This document shows, piece by piece, positions 13,720 through 25,949 of a stretch of DNA of 64,000 bases (within the stretch, counting starts at the first letter, position 1; the number at the start of each line of letters is the position of its first letter). The position numbers and the translations under genes are program-made. A model generated the notes under the pieces. The model was given only the letters and a program-made list of their open reading frames with translations. It was not told the DNA's origin and did no database searches. This stretch comes from Malacoraja senta. Taxonomy: Eukaryota. The stretch is from positions 27,778,001-27,842,000 of the forward strand of contig CM075988.1 in the NCBI GenBank assembly GCA_038087875.1, in the 5' to 3' direction.

Positions 13720-13990
13720 TTCCATGGAAGGTTATGGATTCAATCTCCACTACAAAACCCAAGTACACATGCATAGTCAGAGGTGAAAACATTTGGATGA
13801 AAACATGATCCAAGGTCTTGACTGTTTGATTAAGACAATGTGAAAGAACTCGTGGCATTAATCGATGAATCATATTTTGGAGTTCATGAAATCTTCTGCA
13901 CTATTTGGCTGCAGTGCTTTTTTTTGTAAGAATAGAGACTGCATTTTAAATGTATATCATCAGCTCTAAAGGGCACACAGGAAACCATGT
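13720..13990 (+). mobile_element. Ancient Deu-domain SINE remnant (SacSINE1/AmnSINE1-like)
   Basis: Eroded match to the recalled Deu domain (gtcagaggtg..ttggatga..ccaaggtcttgactg..tgaaagaactcgtggca). Confidence 0.4.
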
Positions 13991-14933
13991 AAACAAGATT
14001 CACACTTGACATGAAAATGCCTAAGCATTTCAAATATTATGGTTTTAATTGGAAATTTGGTACAAAAAAATAAATCTAATTCTGTTTTGCTCTTTCATCC
14101 TTTGTATTAAGTGAATTCAATAACATTAAGTCAAATTTGCCATGATAATATCATTATCCATCCAGTTGTAACCTGAGAATCACAAGCAAATGTATCACTT
14201 GTAATAGCTTCTCTTTGTGCTTCCATGGGGCATCTCGGATGTCCTCATTGGTCCCCTACATTTGTTTCTCATCTACATGGTCTCACTCAGATACCTGACT
14301 ACCATCTAAAATCCATCCACTTTAAATTGTCACACAACATCTCTGAGGATGAGGAATTTCCCCTAAATGTTAAAAAGAATAAAGCCATGTCTTCTGTGCT
14401 GACTCAATATCTAATCCTGGGCCACTATCTCTCAACAGGCTTTTTGTAATCTTGGTGTCATTATTTAACAACAATAGGAGCCTCAGACCACATATTTACA
14501 CAGTCATTAATGTTCCTCTCTCCACTTCCATTCTACTGTTTGGATTCTACCCATGTCTGGACCCTGCTCTTGACAATTATTTCTGCACATTTAAATCTAA
14601 GATCTGCACATCTGCATATCTAAATATGACATTGTTTAAAACTCCGCAACCTGTCACCTGATTCTTTTCAAGTTCTCTCCGGTTGTTCTTGCTCTCCAGT
14701 TGTTCTTGATATTCCAAGGTAATTAATACTTCAACTTCAAAATTCTCATCTTTGTTTTCATATTCTTCCAGGATCTCTTCCCTCCTCGACTTGACAAAGC
14801 CTCTTAAAACTTGCCTCTTAAACAAACTTTTATTGTCATCTACCGTAATATGATCTGCAGAGTTGTTTGCTGTCACTACTTTGCTGCAACATGAGATGTT
14901 CTTTCTATGTTCAAAGCAATACTGTTCTTGTCA

Positions 14934-17900
14934 AATACGATACGACACGATAGAACTTTATTTATCCCAGGAGGGAAATTAATTTGCCAAGTCATAAAAA
15001 ACACAAAAATACATGAAACATTAAATTAAAGTGACGAGTGGTAAGGCTTTGGGGGTGTCAAAGATTGGGGGGGGGGGGGGTCAGTCTCAGTCTACCCCAC
15101 GACAGAAGGGGGAAGAGTTGTAATGTTTGTTAGCCATGGAGAAGAAGGATCTCCTGTGGTGTTCTGTCCTGCATCTTTGTGGAACCAGTCTGTTGCTGAA
15201 GGTACTCCTCAGGTTGACCAGTGTGTCATGGAGGGAGTGCTGTAGTGTCCAGGATGCTCCACAGTTTGAGGAGCATCCTCCCCTCCAAGACCACCTCCGA
15301 AGAATCCAACTCTGCCACCAGGATGGAACCAGCCTTCCTGATGAGTTTGTTGATCCTATTAGCGTCCGCAGCTTTTGCCCTGCTGCACAAGGCAGCGAAG
15401 AAGATGGCACTGGCTACCACCAATTGGTAGAACATCTGCGACATCTCATTGCAGACGTTGAAGGAGCGGAGCCTTCTCAAAAAGTACAGGCGGCTCTGTC
15501 CCTTCTTGTACAGGGCCTCAGCGTTCCTGGACCAGTCCAGTTTACTGCCAGATACACTCCCAGGTATTTGTACTCCCTGGTAAACTGCACATCCACACTA
15601 TTGTTAAAGACAGGGGACAGGGATGTTCCTCTCCTCCTAAAGTCCACCCCAACTCCTTAGTCTTGTCAGTGTTGAGCTGCAGGTGATTGGGCCTACACCA
15701 CTCAACAAAGTCGTTGACTGCACCTCTGTATTCAGCTTCCCTTCCCTCACTGATGTAGCCCACAACTGCAGAGTCATCTGAAAACTTCTGCAGGAGGCGG
15801 AGTTATATCTGAAGTCCGATGGAAAAAAACAAGAAAGGAGAGAGGACCATCCCCTGTGGGGCCCCTGTGTTGCTCACCACCATGTCCGAGACACAGTTCT
15901 GTAGCCTGACATATTGTGGTCATCCTGTCAGGTAGTTGATGATCCAGGACACCAATGGAGCATCCATCCACATTTTCGTCAGTTTGCTCCCAGCAGTGCA
16001 GGCCGGATCATGTTAAAAGCACTGGAGAAGTTTAAAAAAAAACCATCTTCTTGCGTTTGAGGCAGCAGATGTTATGTAACGCCCTCCAGGCGCTGTAGCC
16101 AGTTCAATGCGCTGTTGTTGAGGCCGTGAGGTCTACTCCTCCACCAGGGGGGCGGATGACAGCACAGTCGAAAATGACGTGCTATGCTGCTTGCTGGTCT
16201 GCCCCCCACACGCAGGCTGCTGATAAACGCAGCCCCCAGCGATGCATGTTGGCGTTGAACCGGCCGACCACTGTACGGAGCTGGTACAGGGCGACCCACT
16301 CTTTGCGGGGCAGATTCGAGCCGGGTGGGGCTGTGGAGTTCGGTGCAAATGTGAATTGTGGAGGTCGTGAAGTCTGTTCCCAGCTGGTTCTCCAAGCTCC
16401 TAGTGTGTTGAAACCCGAGCCACAGAGGGTTGCTGCGTGACGGGAGAAGAGGCGACGAGATGACAGGCGTTGAGGTCCCAGTTGCTGTGAGTCCTGGGCG
16501 AGGTGGTGCAAAGGATGTTTGGCATCCAATGGGGCCTTGCACACCAGCCTGTGAGTGAAGTACTCTCTGCGAAGCTTGGCGGGTGCGATACCTGCGAGCA
16601 CCAGCAGAAGATCCTTCGGAGTAGGGCCTAGGCAGCTGGTGATGATTTGCGTGGTGTTGTTGAGGATGGCATCTAGCTTGCAAGTACGACCGCTGCGGCA
16701 CCATGCTGGGGCGGCGTACTCGGCGGCACTGTACACAAGTGCAAGAGCACTGGTTCGGAGAGTAGATGTCCTGGCGCCCCATGACGATCCAGCCAAGCAA
16801 CGCAGCAGGTTCTGTGCACGGTGAGTTTCAAGGTGTTGCTTGTAGGTCAGCTGCCGATCTAGTTTCACCCCAAGGTATGTAGGAAATGGGTTAAAGGGTA
16901 GGGGTGACCCATTGAGGGTGACGGTTAGCTGGCGTTGAGCTTCCTTGTTGTTCAGGTGAAGGCCATTGTAGTGGTTTTTGCCACACTCAGTTTTAGTCTG
17001 CAGGTCTTCAGGTAGCCTGCAACAAGTTCCATATGCGCCGAAAGCACATCCTCCTCATTTGACCAACTCCTGTCCGAGTGCAGTAGTGCCAGATCATCTG
17101 CATATCCATACTGGCACGAGGTTGTGTGTGGCAGATCGCTGATATAGAGAGCATGGTGGCCAGTACCGAGCCTTGGGGGACTCCGTTTCTTGGGTGTCGC
17201 AGTCGGCTAGATGTCCGTCACTGGTCTTAAGCACAAAACTGCAGTTGGCAAAGATGTTGGCAAGGAACCGCACTAAATGGCGGTCAGGAATGGTGTGGAG
17301 GAGTTTCAAGATCATGCCCTGGTGCCACACTATCGTAGGCGGCGTTTTACAAAAAAACATGACTTTCACAATGCTTCCCGGCGTATCCAGATGAGCATGG
17401 GAACCATGGAGCAGGTGGGTGATGGCGTCCTCAGCCCCCATCTTTGTTTGGTAAGTGAACTGCAGGGGGTCCAAGTAGGGTTTAACCAGGAGTTGTAGGT
17501 GAGTGAGCACCACCCTCTCCAGGGACTTCATGATGTGTGAAATCTGCGCCACCGGTCTGTAGTCATTGGAGGAGCTGGGGCCCGTCCTCTTTGGTACAGG
17601 AACCAGGCAGGATGTCTTCCATAACACAGGAACCGTCTCCAGGCTCAGGCTCAGGTTGAAGATATGCTGTAGTACTCCACATAAGCTGGCACACACCTTG
17701 AGTACCCTCCGGCTGACACCATCGTGACCTGTAGCTTTGCCTGAGTGGAGTCTGCTCAGCTCCTTCCTCACCTGGTCAGCAATGGTCAGGCTCGGGAAAG
17801 AAAGGGCAGAGGAAGTGGACCAGGGGGATTGAGGGGGAGAGACTGTCGGGAACATGGGGAGGGTGGGCAGTGGCCCCACCATCAAATCTATTATAAAACA

Positions 17901-18050
17901 GGTTTAGCTCATTGGCCCAGTCCTGATTGCTTTCCCTCCCCAGGCCACTGGTCTTCTTGTAGCCTGTAATGCTCTTCATCCCGCTCCACACATCCCTCCA
18001 TCCCAAATCTTTCATTGACAGTGTCATTGTGGGGTCTGCTCTGGTCTACC
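14934..18050 (-). mobile_element. Rex1/Babar LINE, 5'-truncated, split by Vingi
   Basis: GKATGHDGV, KTSCLVPVPK, NDYRPVA, FSDDSAVVG, RRLRSFNVC motifs; short tandem-repeat tail (tacga)n. Confidence 0.9.
16047..17348 (-). mobile_element. Vingi (Ingi-related) non-LTR retrotransposon, 5'-truncated
   Basis: LAGSSWGARTSTLRTSALALVYSAAEYAAPAW, LNNTTQIITSCLGPTP, WVALYQLRTVVGRF motifs; very short 3'UTR ending caaacgcaagaag. Inserted in Rex1 at VMFF|FSSAFN. Confidence 0.8.
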
Positions 18051-18534
18051 ATTATCAAAGTCAAAATCAAAGTCAAATTTATTCGTCACATGAACCTGAA
18101 GGTGACTAATACTGATGAAAAGAGTAGAATAAAGAAAGCAAAGCAACTAACCCATTTCCCAACTCAAGTAGGTACAATGGTTGTATTAGTTAACAAATGT
18201 TGGCATTTTCTTTAACGGTTATATTTGCTTTCATGTTGCATGGCATCATTTTTGATCTCCCTGTTGCCTATGCTTGGCACCCCCACAATTGGCCAGTTAA
18301 AAAATGTTTTTTGCAGATAACAGCGGAAATGAGAAATGGAAATAGCAGCAGGCCTCTTAGCCCATCATGTCTTCTCCATCATTCAGTAAAATTATGGTTG
18401 ATCTTAAAACTCGACATCAATTTCTTGCACAAACTTATTTGTAAAATCTCCACCATTTTCATATCCAATGCTTTCATCTACCTTTGAAAAACACATCATT
18501 TTGTAACTCTGATCAAAGAAAAATACATAATTTA

Positions 18535-18873
18535 CAGTCAGAAGAAGGGTCTTGAGCTGAAACATCACCTATTCCCTTTCACTAGAGATGCTGCCCGACC
18601 CACTGAGTTACTCCAATGTTTTGTGTTTATCTTTGGTTTAAAGCAGCATCTGCTGTTTCTTTCTACACATTTTTCTGCCCCACTGCAAAATCTCCTTATG
18701 GTATGCCTACTTTGAAGATGTTCTCTTTCCAATGGGAGTTCTGAGTCTGAAGAAATGTCTCAACCCTAGAAGTCACCTATTCCCTTTCACCAGAGATGCC
18801 TGACCCGCTGAGTTACTCCAACATTATCTGTTTATCTTCGGTGTAAACCAGTATCTGCAGTTCCTTCCTACAC
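18535..18873 (+). mobile_element. Two tandem Penelope-derived short terminal repeats with decayed hammerhead motifs
   Basis: Two copies of agtc(t/a)gaagaa...tcacctattccctttc...gagttactcc...atctgcagttccttcctacac. Confidence 0.75.
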
Positions 18874-20364
18874 GTAATTTACCGTATGATTTTCTCCATA
18901 CAAGGCATTATTTTAAGCCCACTGTCTTAATTGTTCCACTCCCTGTTGTTGTCATAATATATTGTCTGTTTAAAGTAGTTGATTAATACTCTTAAAGAGA
19001 TTTCTGGATTGTATTTTAACAGAAGTTTCAGGCACAATGTTCTATGTTTAGCCATCCTCAGCCATTTAATCATTTTATACCTTTCCTTTAATGAACAAAT
19101 GAAAGAGTCACTTTTCACCAGTTCACCTGGTTGTCATGTATTATCTTTGTGGTTCTGGTGAAAAGGGTTTGACTCGTTTCTCTGTGCAATAAGAAATGTA
19201 TTGCTGAGTCTTTGATCAGTGGAGTATTTTTCTGCCTTCAGATATTTAGATTTAGAGTTGTCTTCCATACATTACCATTTCCCCCATGTAACGTAAGCAA
19301 CAAAGTCAATATACCTTATTGTTCTCACATGTCCTGGATTAATTCTTCTCTCTCCACCGTTTGAAGATTTTGTTTATGTGAGTTTTTGAACCAGTTAGAC
19401 AAACTTGAATGTTTATTTGGTTGAAATGTAAGATCACAAACAATACTACAAATATACTTTTTCAGAGATCTTGTGAAGTGAAGCATTACTTCCTTGTTTT
19501 TGTAATCCATCCTTCTGACAGTAAAACCAAGCAGTTTTTTAGTGGCAACTGACTATGGTTGTTTTACTGAATTTATAAATCCTGTTGTGTGTTTGAACTG
19601 TTTAATGGAATGGAAATTGTAATTTACTATGGTCTGAAATATGTTGTGTTGGCATGAATGCAAACCTGTAATTGGAAAAACAAATGTTGAACACTAATTA
19701 ACAACTGTTCTTGCAGTGGTGCTAAAAATAGGGGAATATAGTTCAGTTGTGATAGAGTCTCAAACATCACGCTGCCTGGCTTGCTGTTTGTTTCCAACGT
19801 TGCCTATTTGTGAATACAAATTTTTTGCTAGTCAAGATATGACGTGATTGGTGCTTGCATGAGATGCGAAAAAGAGGCAAGAAAACATGTACGCATGGAC
19901 AGATTGATAGAGAATGTAAGAGAATCATATAGTGAAAAGATAAAATGCAAAAACAATGGAGATCCTTGTAATGAAATAAATTAGTTTGAGACAAATGTTG
20001 GAGGAAGAGAGGATGTGATGCCAGAGTTTCATGTGATGGTGTCAATTTAATCTATAGAGAAGCTGTTTCAAACAATACAGGCTGTTCCCGGGTTATGAAC
20101 CCTCATTTGCATACGCCGTTATGAATGTATGAGTTCCCAAAACATTATTGAATTCAAAGGTTTGACATATGTACATATGCTTGATCCTTGAATGGCTGAA
20201 TGATGTTGCTGAATGATGAAAAACTGGATGGGTTCAGTCAAGCAACTTGAATCTTAACTCACTGTGCATAAAGTGTTATTCTTGGCTCCTTGCTGTGGGT
20301 GGCTGAAAGCATGTGGAGAAGCCTAATAATTATTTAACTTCACAAAATTAATCTGAGTCACAAC

Positions 20365-20400
20365 CAAAGATACTAGAGGAGCTCCGCTATATAATCTTTG
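20365..20400. mobile_element. 36-bp P-element-like remnant or footprint, 8-bp TSD
   Basis: gtcacaac|caaagatactagaggag-ctccgctatataatctttg|gtcacaac; CA..TG inverted termini. Confidence 0.75.
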
Positions 20401-21956
20401 GTCACAACTGTTTTCACAGATTAAAAAACATTAAAACGACCTTGGCCTTGTATGGTTAAATCAATTCTATGAAGTAAATCAGTTCAAGAGCTTGTCAAAT
20501 ATGTAAAATCATAACTCTTAAAAGTGGCAGAACACAGATTAGTGTTTGCATTTCTGTGCAATTTCTCCATAAAAAGATTGTCCAGAGACCCATTTTAGTT
20601 ATATAAATAAACTAAATAAAGATGTAGCAACTGCAGTGGGATGGATGGTATATTTTGAAGTACCAGTGAACGATTGAAAGATGACAGATTAGGTTAATCT
20701 AGCCATTTAAGCCACTGATCTTTTTTTAATCAATACTACAAGTTCTTTAAATACATCTGTAACTTAGGGAGAAACAGTGCAAATTTGCTATGATTGGCTT
20801 TGAAGAAAAAATCCTGGTGAAAACGAGTTGTGCTATTTGAAGTAGAAAGTAGATTTTTGGAATCAATTTTAGGTGGTTAAAGAGGAAGGTATTTTTAGTT
20901 GACCCAAGTTAATTTTTTGCAGCTGAAGATTTTTGTTCTTTTTTATAGCAACAATGGTTAAAGCAATCACACTGTTTACTGCAAATTGTACAGATGTGAT
21001 TTATGTTCCATTAAGACCTTGGAAGATAGCATCTGACCTTAATTATTGACAATGATATGAAATGACGTGTTAAGCAATTATTTCATTTTTTAATTCTTAG
21101 TACACTTGTAACTAAACAGTGACTAAATGATTTCCGTAATTAAAGTTCATGAGTGGCAGTGATGGAGAAATAAACGTGATCCATTTACTCTTGTGTGAAT
21201 CATTATTACAAGGCTCCACCTAACCTATCCAGTTGAAATAATTTGTCCACATAAACACAGCTGATGGCTACATTGTAAATGTCAATCACAGTGCATGCAA
21301 ATATACCATTAAGAAAATAGTGGCATTATTTTTGATACAGCCATTCTATTAGCGGAGAGTTTATGGGCTTCAATAAAGAATATCATGTTGAGAGTTCGAC
21401 CTGTTTTTGACCTTGCAAGAGATGCAACATTAATGATGAGGATGGGATGTTACAGCAAGATAATGATCCATTGTGAGGAAAATAGAGAGTGTAGTGCTAT
21501 AAGTTAAACAGTGATGATCGTAGGCAGTGGGTATGAGTTGATCTTTTTAGTAAGAGGATAGGACCAGTCTACGCCTGGAACAAGGACTATTCGACATAAC
21601 CAACAAAAAGACAGGTATAACTGCGGTTCACGTGAGTGCCCATGGCTACACCTTTAACTTGGAGAAAGAGAAGTTGTTGAGGGTGAGGATAAATTCTGCT
21701 GTGGGGAGGAGAGTGTTAGGAGAGGGAAATTGGTTGGGTCTGTTCAAGGAAGAAACTGAAGGTCTTGATAAGGCCCTGGTGGGGGATGGTGTAGAGGGAC
21801 TGGACATCCATGGTAAAGATGTGTGACTGGCGAGCCTTAAAACTAAAAGTTATTAAAGATTTGAAGTGTGTGTGAGGTGTCTTGCACGTAGGTGGGAAGG
21901 GATTGTACAAGAGGTTGGGGGGGGGGGGGAATAGGATAGAATCAATGTATGTGGAG

Positions 21957-24900
21957 CCGTCAGGGTAGGCAAGGTAGGCACTGCCTACCCTGACTAAAAT
22001 TATTATTATTTTTTTTTTAAATTTTTATTTATTAGAAGTACATTACATTACAACCACATACATTAATACTCGTCATTTATATCTTCTTACAATTAATGTA
22101 CTCCCTTTATTTTTTATTTTTTTACACTAGAAAAAGAAAAGATTGAAAGCAAGAAGAAAGTGAAGGAAAAAGTGCAAGTGTAGAAAAGTGTAGAAAATGT
22201 AACAACAAAAAAGGACGAAGACCCTATAAGAGCGAAATTAAAAACAAAAAGAAAAAGAGTTAAGAAATAGGCCCTAAGAAAAGAAAAGAGAAAGAAAAAA
22301 AGAGAAACAAATGTTTTTTTTTGAGCATCACGTAAATAGGACATACCAACTCTTCAACTATCATCCCCCCTTACCTGACCTCAATTTTTTATTTTTTTTA
22401 AAGTACTTTTGCACCCTATGTAATAATTCTATAAATGCAGACCACGTCAGGTGGAAGTGATCTGGTTTACCTGCTAGGAGGAGTCTTATCTCTTCTAGGT
22501 GTAATGTTTCAAACATATTTGAAATCCACATATTTATAGTTGGTATTGGAGCCTTCTTCCAAAATTTTAGAATTAGATTTTTTCCAGTTATTAACCCATA
22601 TTCCATTAATTTCTTTTGAAATACATTTAGTTCTGGATCATCCGTTATTCCGAAGATAATCCATTCTGCTTTGGGTATCGGTCTTGTTTTAAATAACTTT
22701 GTAAAGATTTCAAAAATTTCATTCCAAAATTTTTGAATTTTTGTACAGAAGACAAATGAGTGCGCTATAGTTGCTTCTTGGGATTGACATTTATCACAAA
22801 TAGATGATACGTTTGGGAAAATTTTATGAATTTTAGTTTTCGAATAATATAATCTATGTAAAATTTTAAATTGTATTAAAGTGTGTCTTACATTAATCGA
22901 GCATTTATGCACGTTTAATAAGTATTCATTCCAACTTTCCTTTGAAATTTTAATAGCTAACTCTTGTTCCCAGTCTCTTCTGATACCCTCCGTAGGTGGT
23001 ATTTGTACATTTAAAATAATATTATACAAATATGATATTAAGTTTGCTGATTCCGCTTTTATCTGCATTGCCTCGTCCAATACATCTACTGGATTATTAT
23101 AATGATCTTTTGTATATTTTTTCAAATAGTCGCATATTTGAAAGTATTTAAAATATTGATTATTTCCGAGTTTATATTTTATTTGTAATTGTTGAAATGA
23201 AAGTAATTTTCCAGTTTCATACAAGTCACCAAGCGTTTTAATTCCTAGTCTATCCCATTGTGTATAAGCTTTATCTATAATAGAAGGACTAAACGAAGGG
23301 TTATTGACTGTAGGTAATAAAAGTGATAAGTTTCTTAATTTTAAATTTTGTTTTATTTGTTTCCAAATACGGATTGTACTATGAATAATTGGGTTCTTAT
23401 TATAGTTTATGTTATTCAGTTTCATTGGAGAGAGGAGGATCGCTCCAATGTTTCTAGAGGAGCAATCCTCTTTCTCCATTACAATCCAGTCTACTTGCTG
23501 GGCGGAGTTATCCATCAGTTGAATCATGTTTTTAATATTTACTGACCAATAATAATACATAAAATTAGGTAGTGCTAGACCCCCCAATACTTTAGGTTTA
23601 TTCAGATGGGTTTTTTGTATTCTATGTGATTTATAGTCCCATATAAAATTAGTGATATCTGAGTCGAGTTTTTTAAAAAACTTCTTAGGTAAGTATATAG
23701 GAATTGATTGAAATAGGTATAAAATTTGTGGTAAAAAGATCATTTTTATTGCGTTTATTCGGCCTATTAAAGACATCGGGAGCGTTTTCCAGAATTTAAT
23801 TAATGTATTCAGTTTATTAAGTAGGGGGTCAAAATTTGCCCTGAACATACCTTGATATGTTCTGGTAATTTCAATTCCCAAATATTTAAATTTTTCTGTA
23901 GCTATTTTAAAAGGGAATTTTAAAAGATGTGTTGAATCTTTCGGTTTTATTGACATAATTTCACTTTTATTCCAATTTATTCTATATCCAGAAAAAGATC
24001 CGAAGTCTTCAATTAAATTTAATATATTTGGTATAGTGATTTGAGGTTTTGTAATATACAATAATATATCATCCGCGTATAAAGATATTTTATTATATGA
24101 GTCTTTAGTATTATATCCATGAATATCAGGGTGTATTCTAATTTTTTCTGCTAGCGGTTCAATAATGAGAGCAAACAGCTGTGGTGATAATGAGCATCCT
24201 TGTCTATTTCCCCTTGATAGTTGAAATTTCGAGGATAATATGTTATTAGTAAGTATTCTAGCTGTAGGTTTGTTATATAGTAACTTAATCCATAAAATAA
24301 AATTCTCTCCCAGTTGAAATTTTTGTAATACTTTATCCATATAATTCCATTCTACTTGATCAAATGACTAAAATTATAACATAGTAATTACTAAATATAA
24401 ATAGTAAAGGCATGGGAGAATTATGCCTACCTAAGAGATCGATCGATCTCTTAGGTAGGCATAATTCTCTGTGCCTTTCATCCGCAGCGCTTGTAACACG
24501 GGAGGCTCTGTGCAGCCCACGTGCCGTCAGCGCTGCCTGAAGCCGTCAATTTCAATCGGGGCTGAAGGCAGATGAAATTCTGCCTTTGCAGCACTGCGCA
24601 TACGCAGCGCTAGTTTCTTGGCGGGGTTTTCAAATATGGATTGGCATTATTTTAAGTGTATCTTAGGAAACAGGGAGAGAAGAATGGAGCTCGTGTACCA
24701 ATGATGTGGTAAGTACATTTCTTGGTGATGTTTTTAAATACCGTATTTCCCGGGGTGTGGGGGTGGGGGGAGAGCTCCGTTCACAGCATTTGGGGAGTCT
24801 GGCCTGGGATAAAGTTGCGGGGAGGGCACGAATGTTGTGAAGGAGGGGATCGGGATAATGCCACTTGCGACGCTCCTTGCACGGAGGCGTGCAATGCCAC

Positions 24901-25707
24901 CGCATTGAGGCCGGGGTGAGAAGTAGCTCGGGTGGCTGTGAGCGGCCGCCGGGCTGGACAGCGGAACCGGCCACCACCTCAGTGCCTCCTGCTGGCCCCC
25001 GCTCACCTCTGGCAGCTCTCCGTCTAAAAACCCCTCTCCTGCCGCTCACTGGCCTCACTCATGTCCTTAAATTCCGACAGCGCGATTGAGGTTACTCGGC
25101 TGTGGGAATTTAAGGATTTGCAGGAAGCGGCTGACATGAGCGAGCGGCAGGTAAGAGGTGTTCAGACGGAGAGCACTGCTGAAGTGGTGGCCAGTTCTGC
25201 TGTCGGGTCCCGGCGGCTGCTCACAGCTCCCCAAGCTGCTTCTATCCCTGGCTACAGTGCGTGGCTTCACGCCCGGAGCCTGGAGCGCTGCGGCAGCGGT
25301 GAGTGAGTGAGTTACTGGCATTATCACCGACCCCCTCCTTCTCAACACTCCTGCTCTCCCCGCAACTTTACCCCTGGCACAGACTCTCCACACGCTGTGA
25401 AAGGAACTCTCCCCCCAATTGGTCCCTTGAACAAGTGTTGTCTTTCAATAAGATGACAACTGATTCAACTTTTCCCTGTACTCCTGTTTTTCCCACCATC
25501 TCTCCACCTGCCATCAATCTTCACCACCCACCCATTCAGTAATTCAGAATAAAGGAGACTAGGAAGCCTTGGGCAAATTGAATTGTTACTGTTTTTATTT
25601 TTATTTTTTATTTTTACGGAGAGAACAATCTGCGCATGCGCGGTAAATTTTTTTTTTTTAAACCGACTGAGTGCCTACCCTGAGTAATTACTCACGGCAC
25701 GTGCCTG
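21957..25707. mobile_element. Non-autonomous hAT-like DNA transposon, 8-bp TSD, hosting an L1
   Basis: TSD atgtggag at 21949-21956 and 25708-25715. Right end acggcacgtgcctg; left end lacks the first ~10 bp of the TIR. Subterminal ggtaggca/tgcctacc repeats at both ends. Confidence 0.78.
22004..24364 (-). mobile_element. Young 5'-truncated L1-clade LINE, same family as 4583-7682, 13-bp TSD
   Basis: Uninterrupted 659-aa ORF2 portion (RGNRQGCSLSP, LYADD, CCHC). TSD tgactaaaattat at 21991-22003 and 24365-24377. Confidence 0.97.
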
Positions 25708-25949
25708 ATGTGGAGATATGTTCAGTGGGGTAGGGGCAGGCAGAAACAATGGGTCTACTAAGGCAGTTCCGTTTGTGGATTTAGGGGAGGAAGTAGAAGT
25801 GGGCATTGCAGGGTGATCAGACCTGGGTGTGTGTCTTGTGCCTTGGCAAAGAACATTGAAGAATTAATAAATAAGAAATAATAAGTAAACGATTTTACGA
25901 AACGGAAATAGTATTGAACAACTATGTTAGAGTACTTTAATGGTTTAGC

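Larger units (their letters stand above)
21575..25815 (-). mobile_element. Penelope-like element RT remnant (parts 21575-21956 and 25716-25815), split by a hAT-like element
   Basis: FYFLP*IHK..SRPIVSAC, TMDVQSLYT-IPHQ, GVAMGT..CLFVGYVE motifs, colinear across the insertion. Confidence 0.85.

Noticed and set aside
16138..16156. CTCF-like ccaccaggggggcg
   Set aside because: An extra G breaks the core spacing, and it lies in Vingi coding sequence.
20076..20135. Tigger-like TIR (ta|caggctgttcccgggttatgaac)
   Set aside because: Only one eroded end; no partner TIR found.
22361..24340. 659-aa ORF as a functional gene
   Set aside because: 5'-truncated L1 ORF2 lacking the endonuclease, early RT and promoter.
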